From positions 4,847 to 68,846 of the forward strand of contig JANMDN010000044.1 in NCBI GenBank assembly GCA_031376285.1: a DNA stretch of 64,000 nucleotides. Reading direction: 5' to 3'. Origin of the DNA: Actinomycetes bacterium (lineage in GTDB: Bacteria > Actinomycetota > Thermoleophilia > Miltoncostaeales > Miltoncostaeaceae). The translations under genes were made by a program, and so were the position numbers. Positions 52,477-62,291 of the stretch are shown here, in pieces; positions within the stretch are counted from its first letter, which is position 1; every line of letters begins with the position of its first letter. The notes beneath the pieces are model-generated. The model was not told the DNA's origin. It made no database searches and saw nothing but the letters and a program-made list of their open reading frames with translations.

Positions 52477-55400
52477 CTACTGAAGGTTGGACGACAGCCA
52501 GCGCCGGGCGACGGCCTCGTCGATGCCCATCCGCTTGGCGTAGTCCGCAAGCTGGTCCTCGCCGATTGGACCAACCGCGAAGTAGCGCGACTCGGGATGG
52601 GAGAAGTAGAGGCCACTCACCGACGCGGCCGGGGTCATCGCCATGCTCTCGGTCAAGGCCAAACCAACATCCTCCGCCCCGAGAAGCTCGAAGAGCTTGG
52701 CCTTCGGGAGGTGGTCCGGGCACGCGGGGTAGCCGAACGCGGGGCGAATACCGCGGTACTCCTCGGCGATGAGCTGCTCGCCCGAGAGCTGCTCCTCGAG
52801 ACCATAGCCCCATTCCCGCCGAACCCTGGAATGCAGCATCTCTGCGAGTGCCTCGGCGAGGCGATCGGCGAGGGTTTTGACGAGGATCGATGAGTAGTCG
52901 TCGTGGGCGGCCTCGAACTCCCGCGCGATTTCCTCGACGCCGATACCTGATGTGACGGCGAAGGCGCCGATCCAGTCCGGGCTCGTCCCTTCGGGGGCGA
53001 CGAAGTCCGAGAGCGACCGGTAGAGCATGTCGGCGTCAGCCTTCTCGCGCTGCTGACGGAGCATCGGAAACCGAACGACCTCGTCGGCTCGCGCCTCGTC
53101 GGCGAAGCAAATGATGTCGTCGTCGCGAGCGAGTGCCGGCCAGAATCCATAGGCCGCTTTGGCGACCAGACGGCCGTCGGCCATGAGCCGGTCAAGCATG
53201 CTGAGGGCATTCGCATGGAGGTCTCGCGCGACCTCGCCCTTCTCCGGGTCGTCGAGGATTCCCGGAAAGCGGCCGCGAAGCTCCCACGCGTGGAAGAAAA
53301 ACGTCCAGTCGATGAACGGAACGATGTCGGCGATCGGCACGGGGTCGAGAACGCGGCGACCGATGAACGCTGGCACAGCGGGAGGCACTGCCCAGTCAAA
53401 GACTGGGCGCCCCTCGCGGGCCACACTCAGCGGGACCAGGCGCCGGGCGCTCTTTCCCGCATGGACCTCGCGGAGTCGATTCTGCTCGGCGGCGAGCTCG
53501 ACGCCGTAGACCTTCCGCCGGTCGGGATCAAGCAAGTCAGAGACGACGCCGACCGCGCGGGATGCGTCGAGAACGTGTGTGACGATGCCCGCGTAGGCCG
53601 GAGCGATCTTGACCGCGGTGTGCTGCTTGCTCGTCGTCGCTCCACCAATCAAGAGCGGCAGGTCTAAGCCGCGCCGCGTCATTTCGCTTGCGACGCTGAC
53701 CATCTCGTCAAGCGACGGTGTGATCAGGCCGGACAGGCCGATCATGTCGGCGTTGTGCTCGGCCGCCGCGTCGAGGATGCGCCCGCCCGGCACCATCACG
53801 CCGAGATCGATCACCTCGTAGTTGTTGCAGCCGAGCACGACGCCGACGATGTTCTTGCCGATGTCGTGAACATCACCTTTGACTGTGGCCATCACAATGC
53901 GGCCTTGGCTCGACCTGCCGCCGGCCTGGCGCTCTTCCTCCATGTAAGGCTCGAGAACCGCAACCGCACGCTTCATAACCCTCGCGCTCTTGACGACCTG
54001 CGGAAGGAACATCTTCCCCTCGCCGAAGCGGTCGCCGACGATGCTCATGCCAGCCATCAGGGGCCCCTCGATGATGGCAAGCGGCGTCGGGAAGGTCGAA
54101 CGGGCCTCCTCGACGTCGGCCTCGATGAAGTCGACCACGCCATTGACCAGGGCATGGGCGAGCCGATCGTCGATCGACCCCTCACGCCAGGAGAGGTCGA
54201 TCACGCGCGCGGTGCCGGGGCCGCGCACGTTCTCCGCATGCGCCAGCAGGCGTTCGGTCGCGTCCGGGCGACGGTTGAAGAGGACATCCTCAACCAACTC
54301 GCGCAGCTCGGCGGGAATCTCGTCGTACACGCTGAGCTGGCCGGCGTTGACGATTCCCATGTCCATACCCGCGGCGATCGCGTGGTAAAGGAAGGCCGCA
54401 TGCATCGCTTCGCGAACGACATCGTTGCCGCGAAACGAAAACGACAGGTTGCTGACCCCGCCGCTTACCTTCGCGCCCGGGCAACTGGCCTTGATCTGAC
54501 GCGTGGCCTCGATGAAGTCGATCGCGTAGTCGGCATGCTCGTCGAGGCCGGTCGCGACGGCGAAGATATTCGGATCGAAGATAATGTCCTGCGGTGGAAC
54601 CCCTTCAGCGGTGAGCAGCCCGTAGGCGCGTTGACAGATCGAAACCTTGCGCTCGATCGTGTCGGCTTGGCCGTCTTCGTCGAAGGCCATCACGACGAGC
54701 GCCGCCCCGTAGCGACGGGCCCGGCGAGCGTTGGCAAGGAACTCGTCGACGCCCTCCTTCATGCTGATCGAGTTCACGATCGACTTGCCTTGGCAACACT
54801 TGAGCCCCGCCTCGATGGCGGCAAATCGCGACGAGTCGATCATCACCGGGACGCGAGCGGCCTCCGGCTCGGCCGCGAGCAGGTTGAGAAACGTCGTCAT
54901 GGCCGCGGGGGCGTCGAGCATGCCTTCGTCCATGTTGACGTCGATGATGTTCGCGCCGCCGCGGACCTGCTCGATCGCGACCTCGACCGCGGTTTGGTAG
55001 TCGTCAGCTTTGATGAGCTCGGCAAATCGCCGCGAACCGGTGACGTTGGTCCGTTCCCCAACCATGACGAAGCTAATCTCGTCACGAAACTCGAGTGGCT
55101 CGAGCCCCGAGAGGCGCGTCGGCGCCACCCCGTCTTGGACGTTCCGGACTCTCGGCGCGATGCCTTCGACAAGGCGCGAGATGGCGGCGATGTGGGCGGG
55201 GGTCGTTCCGCAGCAACCGCCGAGCATGTTGACGAGGCCGCTCTCGGCCATCTCGCGGAGCTGGGCCGCCGTGTCGGCGGGAAGCTGCTCGTACTCACCG
55301 AAGGCATTTGGCAGGCCAGCGTTCGGGTAACAGCTCACCCAGCAGTCGCTGATGCGTGCCAGATCCTCGATATGGGGGCGCATGGCGGCGGCCCCGAGCG

Positions 55401-56142
55401 CACAGTTCACTCCGACTGAGAACGGACGAGCATGCGCGATGCTCGTCCAGAACGCCTCGACGGTTTGCCCGGAGAGCGTTCGGCCAGACGCGTCGGTAAT
55501 CGTGACCGAGATCATGAGCGGCAGACGCCGACCAAGATCCTCGAAGACGTCCTCGATTGCGACGATCGCGGCCTTCGCGTTCAGCGTGTCGAAGATCGTC
55601 TCGACAACGAGGAGGTCGACCCCGCCATCGATCAGCCCGCGAACCTGCTCGTCGTAGGCGGCCACGACTTGGTCGAAGGTGACCGACCGGAAGCCGGGAT
55701 CGTTGACGTCGGGTGAGAGCGAGAGGGTTCGGTTGAGCGGGCCGATCGCCCCGGCGACGTATCGAGGCTGGGTGGGGTCCATGGCCGCGAAGCGGTTGGC
55801 AGCATGGCGCGCGATCCGCGCCGCCTCGACGTTCAGCTCGTGGACAATCGACTCCATCGCGTAGTCGGCTTGAGCGATCCGCGTCGAGCTGAAGGTGTTG
55901 GTCTTGATGACGTCCGCGCCGGCGGCGAGGTACCCGTCATGGATGCGCTCGATGATGTCCGGGCGGGTGAGAACGAGGAGGTCGTTGTTGCCGACGAGCG
56001 GGCTCGGGTGATCAGCGAACCGGCTGCCTCTGAAGTCGGCCTCGCTCAAATGGTGGCGCTGGATCATGGTCCCCATCGCGCCGTCGAGGAGGACGAGGCG
56101 ACGGGTGAGCGTCTCTGAAAGGGCCTTGGCGGTACTCGGCAT
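52477..56142 (-). CDS. metH: Cobalamin-dependent methionine synthase
   Basis: 1221 aa with Hcy-binding, pterin-binding, B12-cap/B12-binding ([11 protein letters not shown]) and AdoMet-activation domains, in that order. Confidence 0.95.
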   Translation of the reverse strand: MPSTAKALSETLTRRLVLLDGAMGTMIQRHHLSEADFRGSRFADHPSPLVGNNDLLVLTRPDIIERIHDGYLAAGADVIKTNTFSSTRIAQADYAMESIVHELNVEAARIARHAANRFAAMDPTQPRYVAGAIGPLNRTLSLSPDVNDPGFRSVTFDQVVAAYDEQVRGLIDGGVDLLVVETIFDTLNAKAAIVAIEDVFEDLGRRLPLMISVTITDASGRTLSGQTVEAFWTSIAHARPFSVGVNCALGAAAMRPHIEDLARISDCWVSCYPNAGLPNAFGEYEQLPADTAAQLREMAESGLVNMLGGCCGTTPAHIAAISRLVEGIAPRVRNVQDGVAPTRLSGLEPLEFRDEISFVMVGERTNVTGSRRFAELIKADDYQTAVEVAIEQVRGGANIIDVNMDEGMLDAPAAMTTFLNLLAAEPEAARVPVMIDSSRFAAIEAGLKCCQGKSIVNSISMKEGVDEFLANARRARRYGAALVVMAFDEDGQADTIERKVSICQRAYGLLTAEGVPPQDIIFDPNIFAVATGLDEHADYAIDFIEATRQIKASCPGAKVSGGVSNLSFSFRGNDVVREAMHAAFLYHAIAAGMDMGIVNAGQLSVYDEIPAELRELVEDVLFNRRPDATERLLAHAENVRGPGTARVIDLSWREGSIDDRLAHALVNGVVDFIEADVEEARSTFPTPLAIIEGPLMAGMSIVGDRFGEGKMFLPQVVKSARVMKRAVAVLEPYMEEERQAGGRSSQGRIVMATVKGDVHDIGKNIVGVVLGCNNYEVIDLGVMVPGGRILDAAAEHNADMIGLSGLITPSLDEMVSVASEMTRRGLDLPLLIGGATTSKQHTAVKIAPAYAGIVTHVLDASRAVGVVSDLLDPDRRKVYGVELAAEQNRLREVHAGKSARRLVPLSVAREGRPVFDWAVPPAVPAFIGRRVLDPVPIADIVPFIDWTFFFHAWELRGRFPGILDDPEKGEVARDLHANALSMLDRLMADGRLVAKAAYGFWPALARDDDIICFADEARADEVVRFPMLRQQREKADADMLYRSLSDFVAPEGTSPDWIGAFAVTSGIGVEEIAREFEAAHDDYSSILVKTLADRLAEALAEMLHSRVRREWGYGLEEQLSGEQLIAEEYRGIRPAFGYPACPDHLPKAKLFELLGAEDVGLALTESMAMTPAASVSGLYFSHPESRYFAVGPIGEDQLADYAKRMGIDEAVARRWLSSNLQ

Positions 56143-56203
56143 GGCCGAGCAGGCTACCGGGGAAGCTCGCCAACTGAGGCGAAAGCGGGTACAGCTGACC
56201 TCT

Positions 56204-56698
56204 TTACGGTGTCAGGTGTGCCTCCAGGAACCACAGGTCCTTGTCGAGGGCGCGCGAGACCTCGGTAAACAGATCCGAGGTAGACGCGTCATCAGCTGCC
56301 GTGTCGTCGATCGCCGAACGCACCGTGGCGCCGAGCTGCGCGAAGCGGTCTGACAGGGCGACGACATGCTCACGGCCATCGGTCGCGTCGGTTGGGTACT
56401 CATCGAGGCGCGACGCCGTCGCGGCCATGCGGGCCGTGCCGAACGCCGTCCCCCCGAGGGCGGTTACGCGCTCCGCGATCATGTCGACGTGATCGAGCAG
56501 GCGGGCCGCGAGCGCGTCGAAGAGTTCATGCAGCGCGATGAAGTCGGGGCCCTTCACGTTCCAATGCGCGTGCTTGACCTGCGTGAAGAGGTCGGTTGCG
56601 TCGGCGAGTGCGCCATTGAGTGCGGCAATCGATTGCGCGCGCGTCGCTTCCGGGAGATCGCTACGGGTGTGAAAGCTGCGCGGGGACTTCGGAGCCAA
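56204..56698 (-). CDS. dps: Dps-family ferritin-like DNA-binding protein
   Basis: [23 protein letters not shown] ... [10 protein letters not shown] start 7 nt after GGAGGG. Confidence 0.88.
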   Translation of the reverse strand: MAPKSPRSFHTRSDLPEATRAQSIAALNGALADATDLFTQVKHAHWNVKGPDFIALHELFDALAARLLDHVDMIAERVTALGGTAFGTARMAATASRLDEYPTDATDGREHVVALSDRFAQLGATVRSAIDDTAADDASTSDLFTEVSRALDKDLWFLEAHLTP

Positions 56699-56805
56699 TG
56701 TGGATCCCTCCGTCGAATCGGACTCGGGCTCAGAGTGCCACCCAGCGACGCCCCTCGCAAGGTGGTCTCGGTTGGCACAGACTCGATACACCTTCGGCAC
56801 CCGGC

Positions 56806-56855
56806 GGTCGCGACCCGTCGCTACGCTGAAGTCGGGTGGTGGTCCGGGGTGGCCC
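56806..56855. repeat. Family-2 element, copy C
   Basis: GGTCGCGACC palindrome plus core GCTACGCTGAAGTCGGGTGGTGGTCCGGGGTGGCCCC, between the 56890 gene stop and dps. Confidence 0.65.
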
Positions 56856-56889
56856 CAACGGCGACCGGGCACCGAGGGCCGAATCAGAC

Positions 56890-57282
56890 CTATTTTTTGG
56901 GCTCGCTGGGGACGCCCGAGAGCAGCAATTCGAGGACACGGTCCAGTTTGGACGCGATCTCGCCCCTCGTGATCACCCGCGCGCAGCCGAGGGCGAGCCC
57001 CTGCGCACGCAGTTCGCGCTCGGTGTGCCCGCAGAACCCGACGACGGGTACACCACGGCCGACCAACTCCCGGACCGCATTCGGGGCATCGCGTGCCTCG
57101 AGATCGACAAGCCCAGCGACCGGGAGTTCCTGGTCGACCCGCTCGCGTAGTCGTGTCGGGCCCGCGGCCCCGGCAAAACGGTACCCGGCCGCCTTCACGC
57201 CCTCCTCGACACGACTACGAAGCAGCAGGTCCGTGGCAAAGGCGAGAACGAGCGGCGCCTCGGCATGGTCAACGCGCAGCAT
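56890..57282 (-). CDS. Hypothetical protein (alpha/beta, receiver-like pattern)
   Basis: High GC3. Start taken at MLRVDH. No diagnostic motif recognised. Confidence 0.4.
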   Translation of the reverse strand: MLRVDHAEAPLVLAFATDLLLRSRVEEGVKAAGYRFAGAAGPTRLRERVDQELPVAGLVDLEARDAPNAVRELVGRGVPVVGFCGHTERELRAQGLALGCARVITRGEIASKLDRVLELLLSGVPSEPKK

Positions 57283-57591
57283 GCGCAAACGATAGCCCCC
57301 TCGGCCCGTCGCGATCACCCATCGCCTCAAGCAAACCTGCCGACACGATGCCCGATTGGTCGGGCACACTTGAGGCGTGTCAGGACACTCGCAGCCCGCT
57401 TCACCAGCGGCACGGCACCGGGCCGCGACGACCGCCCCGCCTCAGGCACGGTCCATGAGGGTTTCCGGCGACGTGTCCGCACCGGCCGCCAGCGCGGCCA
57501 AGCGATGGGCGTGCCTCCAAGCGAGCCCAGCGACGACCGATCCGCGCTCACCACATCACCCCCCACCTTTCCGGAAGGGTCCACTCGCCCA

Positions 57592-59460
57592 ATGACGACG
57601 CCGCTCATTCCGCTCGAGCATTTCTTCGACAACCCGCAGCGCGCCCTGGCCAAGGTATCCCCGGACCGGAAATGGATGTCCTGGTTGGCGCCGCGCGAGG
57701 GACGCATGAACGTCTGGGTCCGTCCGTTCGACGCATCCGACGCCGATGCGGTGCCCGTCACAAATGACCGGGATCGGGGCGTGCTCGGATACTTTTGGAC
57801 CCGAGACTCGTCGGCGATCCTTTATTCGAAGGACGGGGGCGGCGACGAGATCCACCACCTGCTTGCGGCCGACCCCGCCAGTCCCGACGCCGAGCCGAGA
57901 GACCTCACGCCCTACGAGGGCGTCAAGGCGGGCGTGATTGCACTACCGCGTTCGACGCCTAAGACGATGCTCGTGTCGCTGAACCTTCGCGACCGCAGCC
58001 TGAGCGACGCGTACCGGCTGGACATCGCAACCGGCGCGATCACCCTCCTCGCCGAGAACCCCGGGAACATTCAGGGGTGGCTCGCCGATCGTGAGGGTCG
58101 CGTCCGAGCCGCGATCGCGCAGACGCCGGCCGGGGACTCCGAGCTCCTCGTGCGAGACCGGGAGGACGAGCCGTTTCGAGTCCTCGCCGAGTTCACCAAC
58201 GAGGACGGGGGAAGCCCGTTCGCGTTCAGTGCCGATGACCGCGAGATCTACGTGTCGAGTGCGAAGGAGAGCGATCTCGCCCGACTCGTCGCGATCGAGG
58301 TTGCGACGGGGACCGAGCGGGTCATTGACGAGGACGCCGAGGCCGACCTCGCTGGCCCCGTGATCAGCGACATGACTGGAGCGCTCCTTGCCGCGAGCTA
58401 CGTGCGAGACCGGCTGCTCGTCCACTGCTTCGACGATGAGTTCGCTCGGCATATCGCCCGCATGGGTGAGGTGCACTCGGGTGATCCGTCGGTCCTTTCA
58501 CGCGACCGTGAGGAGGCGATCTGGACGGTCTACTTCGACGACGATCGCGACCCGGGAGCGACGTACCTGTATGAGCCAGCCACGGGCGAGGCGTCGCTTC
58601 TCTACCGACCGCGACCTTGGCTGAACTCCGAGCATCTCGCCCCGATGGAGCCGGTGCGCATCACCTCTCGTGATGGGCTCACGTTGTCGTCGTATCTCAC
58701 CGTACCGCTGGGTGTCGAGCGATCGGCCCTCCCGATGGTCCTCGTCGTCCATGGCGGGCCCTGGGCGCGCGACGCGTGGGGCTACGACGCCGAAGCACAG
58801 TTCTTGGCCAATCGCGGCTACGCCGTCCTTCAAGTGAACTACCGGGGCTCCACCGGCTTTGGTAAAGCGTTTACCCACGCGGCGGAGCGAGAATTCGCGG
58901 GCAAAATGCACGACGACCTCATCGACGCGGTCGACTGGGCGATCGCCGAGGGGATCGCCGACCCCGCGAGGATCGGCATCTACGGAGGTTCCTACGGGGG
59001 CTACGCGACCCTCGTCGGCGTCACGTTCACGCCCGACGTCTTCGCTGCCGCGGTGAGCTTCGTCGGACCGTCGAACCTGGTGTCGCTCATACGCTCGTTT
59101 CCGGAGTACTGGCGCCCATTCCTCGAGAGCAGCTGGTACCGCTTCGTGGGCGACCCCGACAACCCGGCCTCCCACGACGATCTCGTTGCGCGCTCTCCCA
59201 TCACGCACGTCGACCGGATCCGCACTCCGCTGATGGTGATTCAGGGGGCCAATGATCCGAGGGTTACCCAGCAGGAGTCCGACCAGATCGTCCAGGCGCT
59301 CCGCGATCGTGGGGTGCCCGTCGAGTACATCCTGAAAGAAGGCGAAGGACACGGCTTCGCAAAGCCCGAGAACCGGTTGGAGATGTACGGGGCGATGGAG
59401 CGTTTCTTTGCGAAGTACCTCGGGGGTCGCACGACCGGCGAAGTTGAGCCAACCGCATAG
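57592..59460 (+). CDS. S9-family (prolyl oligopeptidase / dipeptidyl peptidase) serine peptidase
   Basis: Beta-propeller N-terminal half; catalytic GGSYGGY, and D and H in GANDPRV and GEGHGF. Confidence 0.88.
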   Translation: MTTPLIPLEHFFDNPQRALAKVSPDRKWMSWLAPREGRMNVWVRPFDASDADAVPVTNDRDRGVLGYFWTRDSSAILYSKDGGGDEIHHLLAADPASPDAEPRDLTPYEGVKAGVIALPRSTPKTMLVSLNLRDRSLSDAYRLDIATGAITLLAENPGNIQGWLADREGRVRAAIAQTPAGDSELLVRDREDEPFRVLAEFTNEDGGSPFAFSADDREIYVSSAKESDLARLVAIEVATGTERVIDEDAEADLAGPVISDMTGALLAASYVRDRLLVHCFDDEFARHIARMGEVHSGDPSVLSRDREEAIWTVYFDDDRDPGATYLYEPATGEASLLYRPRPWLNSEHLAPMEPVRITSRDGLTLSSYLTVPLGVERSALPMVLVVHGGPWARDAWGYDAEAQFLANRGYAVLQVNYRGSTGFGKAFTHAAEREFAGKMHDDLIDAVDWAIAEGIADPARIGIYGGSYGGYATLVGVTFTPDVFAAAVSFVGPSNLVSLIRSFPEYWRPFLESSWYRFVGDPDNPASHDDLVARSPITHVDRIRTPLMVIQGANDPRVTQQESDQIVQALRDRGVPVEYILKEGEGHGFAKPENRLEMYGAMERFFAKYLGGRTTGEVEPTA

Positions 59461-59749
59461 GCGCGCCGGCAGAGTGAATTATTGACCCGAGTTTGCGGCC
59501 CACGCCCCGGGCGGCAAAGTGCGCGATGAGCTAATGGGTGGCGGGGGTGGCTCGAGCCAGCGTCTCAGCGAGGATCCGCCCAAGACCCGGCAAAGGGATA
59601 CTCGAAGCACTACTGTCCAACCCTCGGCGATCCTCCCGTGTAAGAGCCGCGGTACCGCACCGGACGACCTACCAATCGCGAAGGTAGTGAGACACTCAAC
59701 CGGCGATGAGCATCGTCCGGTCTGGGGTCGCGGTGGCGGCCTCCAATCC

Positions 59750-59913
59750 GGCTCTTCCGGTTTCAGTGGGGCGAGCGGGTTCGGATAGGTGGCGGCGCGG
59801 GCCCGGTCGCGGGCCAGCTAATTAACGCTGCCGGCGTGGAGCAGGATCCGTAGCCGGTCGTCCTCGAAGCTGCGGAAGCCGTGGCCGGCGCGTTTGACCT
59901 TCTTGATGAAGAG
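59750..59913 (-). mobile_element. ISL3-family IS remnant (terminal repeat plus last 31 codons of the transposase)
   Basis: GGCTCTTCCGGTTTCAG at 59750 resembles ISL3 terminal repeats (from memory). The minus strand encodes LFIKKVKRAGHGFRSFEDDRLRILLHAGSVN followed by a stop, an ISL3 transposase C-terminus. Confidence 0.5.
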
Positions 59914-59972
59914 CCAGCTAACTGACTCGTCCTGTCATGAGGACGAGTTAGATGTGCCGGCCCCTTGTGCCA

Positions 59973-60800
59973 CTAAAATGATGCGTTTGTTCGATACCGA
60001 AACGTGACTGAACCACAAACGACATCGATTGGCTTGTGGGCCGCAGATTCGTCCCGCTTCTCTTGGCATCGAATGACGCTTCCAGAGACAACAACGTTCG
60101 AATACGCGCGACGATAGTCGAACAGGCGAGGAGTTGCGCCCACCGCCAGAACCTTCCAGGCGTTGTATGTCTCCTTCGCATTCGCACACGACGGACCTGA
60201 CGGCCGCGTCGCCAGCGCGAGGAGCTGCCGACTCAATCCCCCGGAACAGCTGCGCCAGGCGCCCGATCCTGGCGAAGGGGCATCGCGCCGCCAGGCCTTC
60301 ACGACAAGCGACGAATGAGCCTTAGCGAGCACTGCAAACCCACCCGACGACGGCGCCTCGATCACGGCATAGCCACAGATGACGAGCTCCCTAGGGACCT
60401 GATCCGGGATGAACTGAAGCTTTCGAGGCTCCCACCGGGCAAGCGTGCCGTTCCACCGAAACGCTAGTTCGGCCGAGCCAGGGGTCCGTCTTAGGGGATC
60501 AGCCGGACAGTGTGCGCTCCCTGCGACCGCGAAGACGACGACGCCTTCGTCCCCACCGCCCGGATTGGAATCGGTCTTGAGCGTGACCGCAACGACACTC
60601 CGTCCCAGCCCATCGAGTTGCTGGCCGACTCCCAGTTGGATTGAGGTCGCAGACGCAACACCAGACCCTAAACCGAAACTTGCTGCGCTGACCGCGAGCA
60701 ACCGTCTTGCCCTGAGCGCGAGATTTCGGCCTCCGCCCGGGACGGCAGAGCTTACAAACGGCCTGCAAATGCCTTGCCGCAACTCGTCTCCCGTCACCAT
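59973..60800 (-). CDS. Hypothetical secreted protein
   Basis: Signal-like RRLLAVSAASFGLGSGVASA. AT-richer region between two IS remnants. Confidence 0.45.
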   Translation of the reverse strand: MVTGDELRQGICRPFVSSAVPGGGRNLALRARRLLAVSAASFGLGSGVASATSIQLGVGQQLDGLGRSVVAVTLKTDSNPGGGDEGVVVFAVAGSAHCPADPLRRTPGSAELAFRWNGTLARWEPRKLQFIPDQVPRELVICGYAVIEAPSSGGFAVLAKAHSSLVVKAWRRDAPSPGSGAWRSCSGGLSRQLLALATRPSGPSCANAKETYNAWKVLAVGATPRLFDYRRAYSNVVVSGSVIRCQEKRDESAAHKPIDVVCGSVTFRYRTNASF

Positions 60801-60819
60801 GATCTCGCTTTCATGCAGG

Positions 60820-60859
60820 ATTCGGGCTTCCTGGGAAACATGAACCAGGAAGCCCGAAT
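60820..60859. repeat. 15-bp perfect inverted repeat
   Basis: ATTCGGGCTTCCTGG-gaaacatgaa-CCAGGAAGCCCGAAT, between the transposase pseudogene end and the hypothetical gene start. Confidence 0.6.
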
Positions 60860-60902
60860 CGACCGACTTCGTGAGGACTTCGACAGCCTTAGGGACGACC
60901 GT

Positions 60903-61340
60903 CTATAAATTAGTTGATGGGGTGATGGTGTAGTTCCATTCTGGGTGGAAGTGGTGGTGGGTGATGTTGACGGCGGCAAGTTCGGTGTCTGTGACCTGGA
61001 TCTTTGGGTACCGGTTTTGGTCGAGGCGGCCGTAGACCTCGAGGCCGTTCGGGTGGTGGTTGCAGCGACCAGGTTGATGATGACCTCGTAGGAGACAAGC
61101 GGCCGGCCGCGCCAGTTCCGGCTGATGAAGCTAAACAGGCGATGCTCGACCTTGTTCCACTTCGAGGTGCCGGGCGGGGAAATGGCACACGGTGATCGCA
61201 AGGCCGGTCTGCTCAGCGAGTCGTTGCAGCTCGGTTTTCCAGAGGCGGGTGCGGTGCCCGTTTGACCCGCCGCAGTCGGCGGTGATCGTCAAGCTGGTCG
61301 CGGTGGGGACGGTTGGTGGGGGCGCTGTAGAACCCAAAGC
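60903..61340 (-). pseudogene. ISAzo13-family (DDE_Tnp_ISAZ013) transposase, C-terminal fragment with at least two frameshifts
   Basis: LTITADCGGSNGHRTRLWKTELQRLAEQTGLAITVCHFP / GTSKWNKVEHRLFSFISRNWRGRPLVSYEVIINLVAATTTRT / GLEVYGRLDQNRYPKIQVTD...FHPEWNYTITP lie in three different frames. Confidence 0.8.
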
Positions 61341-61439
61341 GATCGCTGAAGGTGTATCCGGCCTGTCGAGCGTCAGCTGTCACCACGGCCAATGGCCATC
61401 CCCAAGGACGGGCTTCTGCCTGATTTCACCGTTCGAGGG

Positions 61440-62291
61440 CTACCCGGAGGCGGTGATGGCGCCCGTGAGCCCCACGCCGACGAGCGTCACGATGATGCCG
61501 ATGATCTGTCGGCGTGTGAGGCGCTCTCGGAACAGGAAGTACGCGCCGATTCCAACCAGCGCCGTTCCCTGGGACGAGATCACCGCGGTCACGGCGATGC
61601 TGTCGCGGCTCCCCAAGGTGAAGGACAGGAAGCCGAGCACCTCCCCGATGCCACTCACGAGAAGCAGCGGCGCCGCTGACCGAGAGATCCGCAGCCGGCC
61701 CACGAGGACGAGCGGCAGTGCAAGCGCCAGCGCGCCGATAAGTCGTGCTGGGAGCACCACCCACATCGACGGAAGGCTGCTCACACGCCCGGTCGCGTAG
61801 AGGCTGATCGAAAAGACGAGGGCCGCGGATGCGGCCAACGCGACCGACCGAACATGCGCGTCGTCCACAGGTGCGCCGCGCAGGTTCGGAATCGTCGTGA
61901 TCGCGACACCGAGCACCACGACCGTGATCGCGAGCACCAGGCTCGTGCCAAGGCGCTCGCCGAACGCCACCGAGATCAGCGCCGCGAGCGTGCCCTCGGT
62001 TGCAACGATCGCGGAGACGAGGCCCGCGCGCCCAACGCGGAGCGCGGCGTAGATCAGCGCCAGCCCCCCAACGTTTCCGGCGCCGCTCACAAGCAGCCAC
62101 CCTGCCGCAGCCCGATCGAGCGCTTCCGGCCGGCCCTGGGCGATCACCACGGGGGCCACGATGAGCAGGCCGATGGTCATCGCCCATGCCGCCGCCGAGA
62201 ACGCGCCGACGAGCCGGGTTGCCCTGGATGCGGCGAGCGTCGCGCCCGCCCAGCAGACCGCGGCGCCGATCCCACCAGCGACGGCACTCAC
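61440..62291 (-). CDS. EamA/DMT-family transporter
   Basis: 10-TM duplicated EamA pattern. Confidence 0.85.
   Translation of the reverse strand: MSAVAGGIGAAVCWAGATLAASRATRLVGAFSAAAWAMTIGLLIVAPVVIAQGRPEALDRAAAGWLLVSGAGNVGGLALIYAALRVGRAGLVSAIVATEGTLAALISVAFGERLGTSLVLAITVVVLGVAITTIPNLRGAPVDDAHVRSVALAASAALVFSISLYATGRVSSLPSMWVVLPARLIGALALALPLVLVGRLRISRSAAPLLLVSGIGEVLGFLSFTLGSRDSIAVTAVISSQGTALVGIGAYFLFRERLTRRQIIGIIVTLVGVGLTGAITASG

Noticed and set aside
53755-55419. 554-aa plus-strand ORF
   Set aside because: It lies entirely antisense to metH, whose five-domain sequence is unambiguous. It is a shadow ORF.
56143-56203. Possible SAM or B12 riboswitch upstream of metH
   Set aside because: Only 61 nt separate dps and metH, and none of the SAM-I, SAM-IV or cobalamin core motifs I know are present. 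metH is probably co-transcribed with dps or has a simple promoter.
56884-56891. The T-run TATTTTTT, which looks like an intrinsic terminator tail
   Set aside because: On the minus strand it is simply the coding AAA AAA TAG (Lys-Lys-stop) of the 56890-57282 ORF. No adjacent GC-rich stem precedes it on the plus strand.
57265-57591. 109-codon N-terminal extension of the S9 peptidase ORF
   Set aside because: It is Arg/Pro-rich and not protein-like. The peptidase homology begins at MTTPLIPLEHFF (ATG at 57592). The region is treated as a leader instead.
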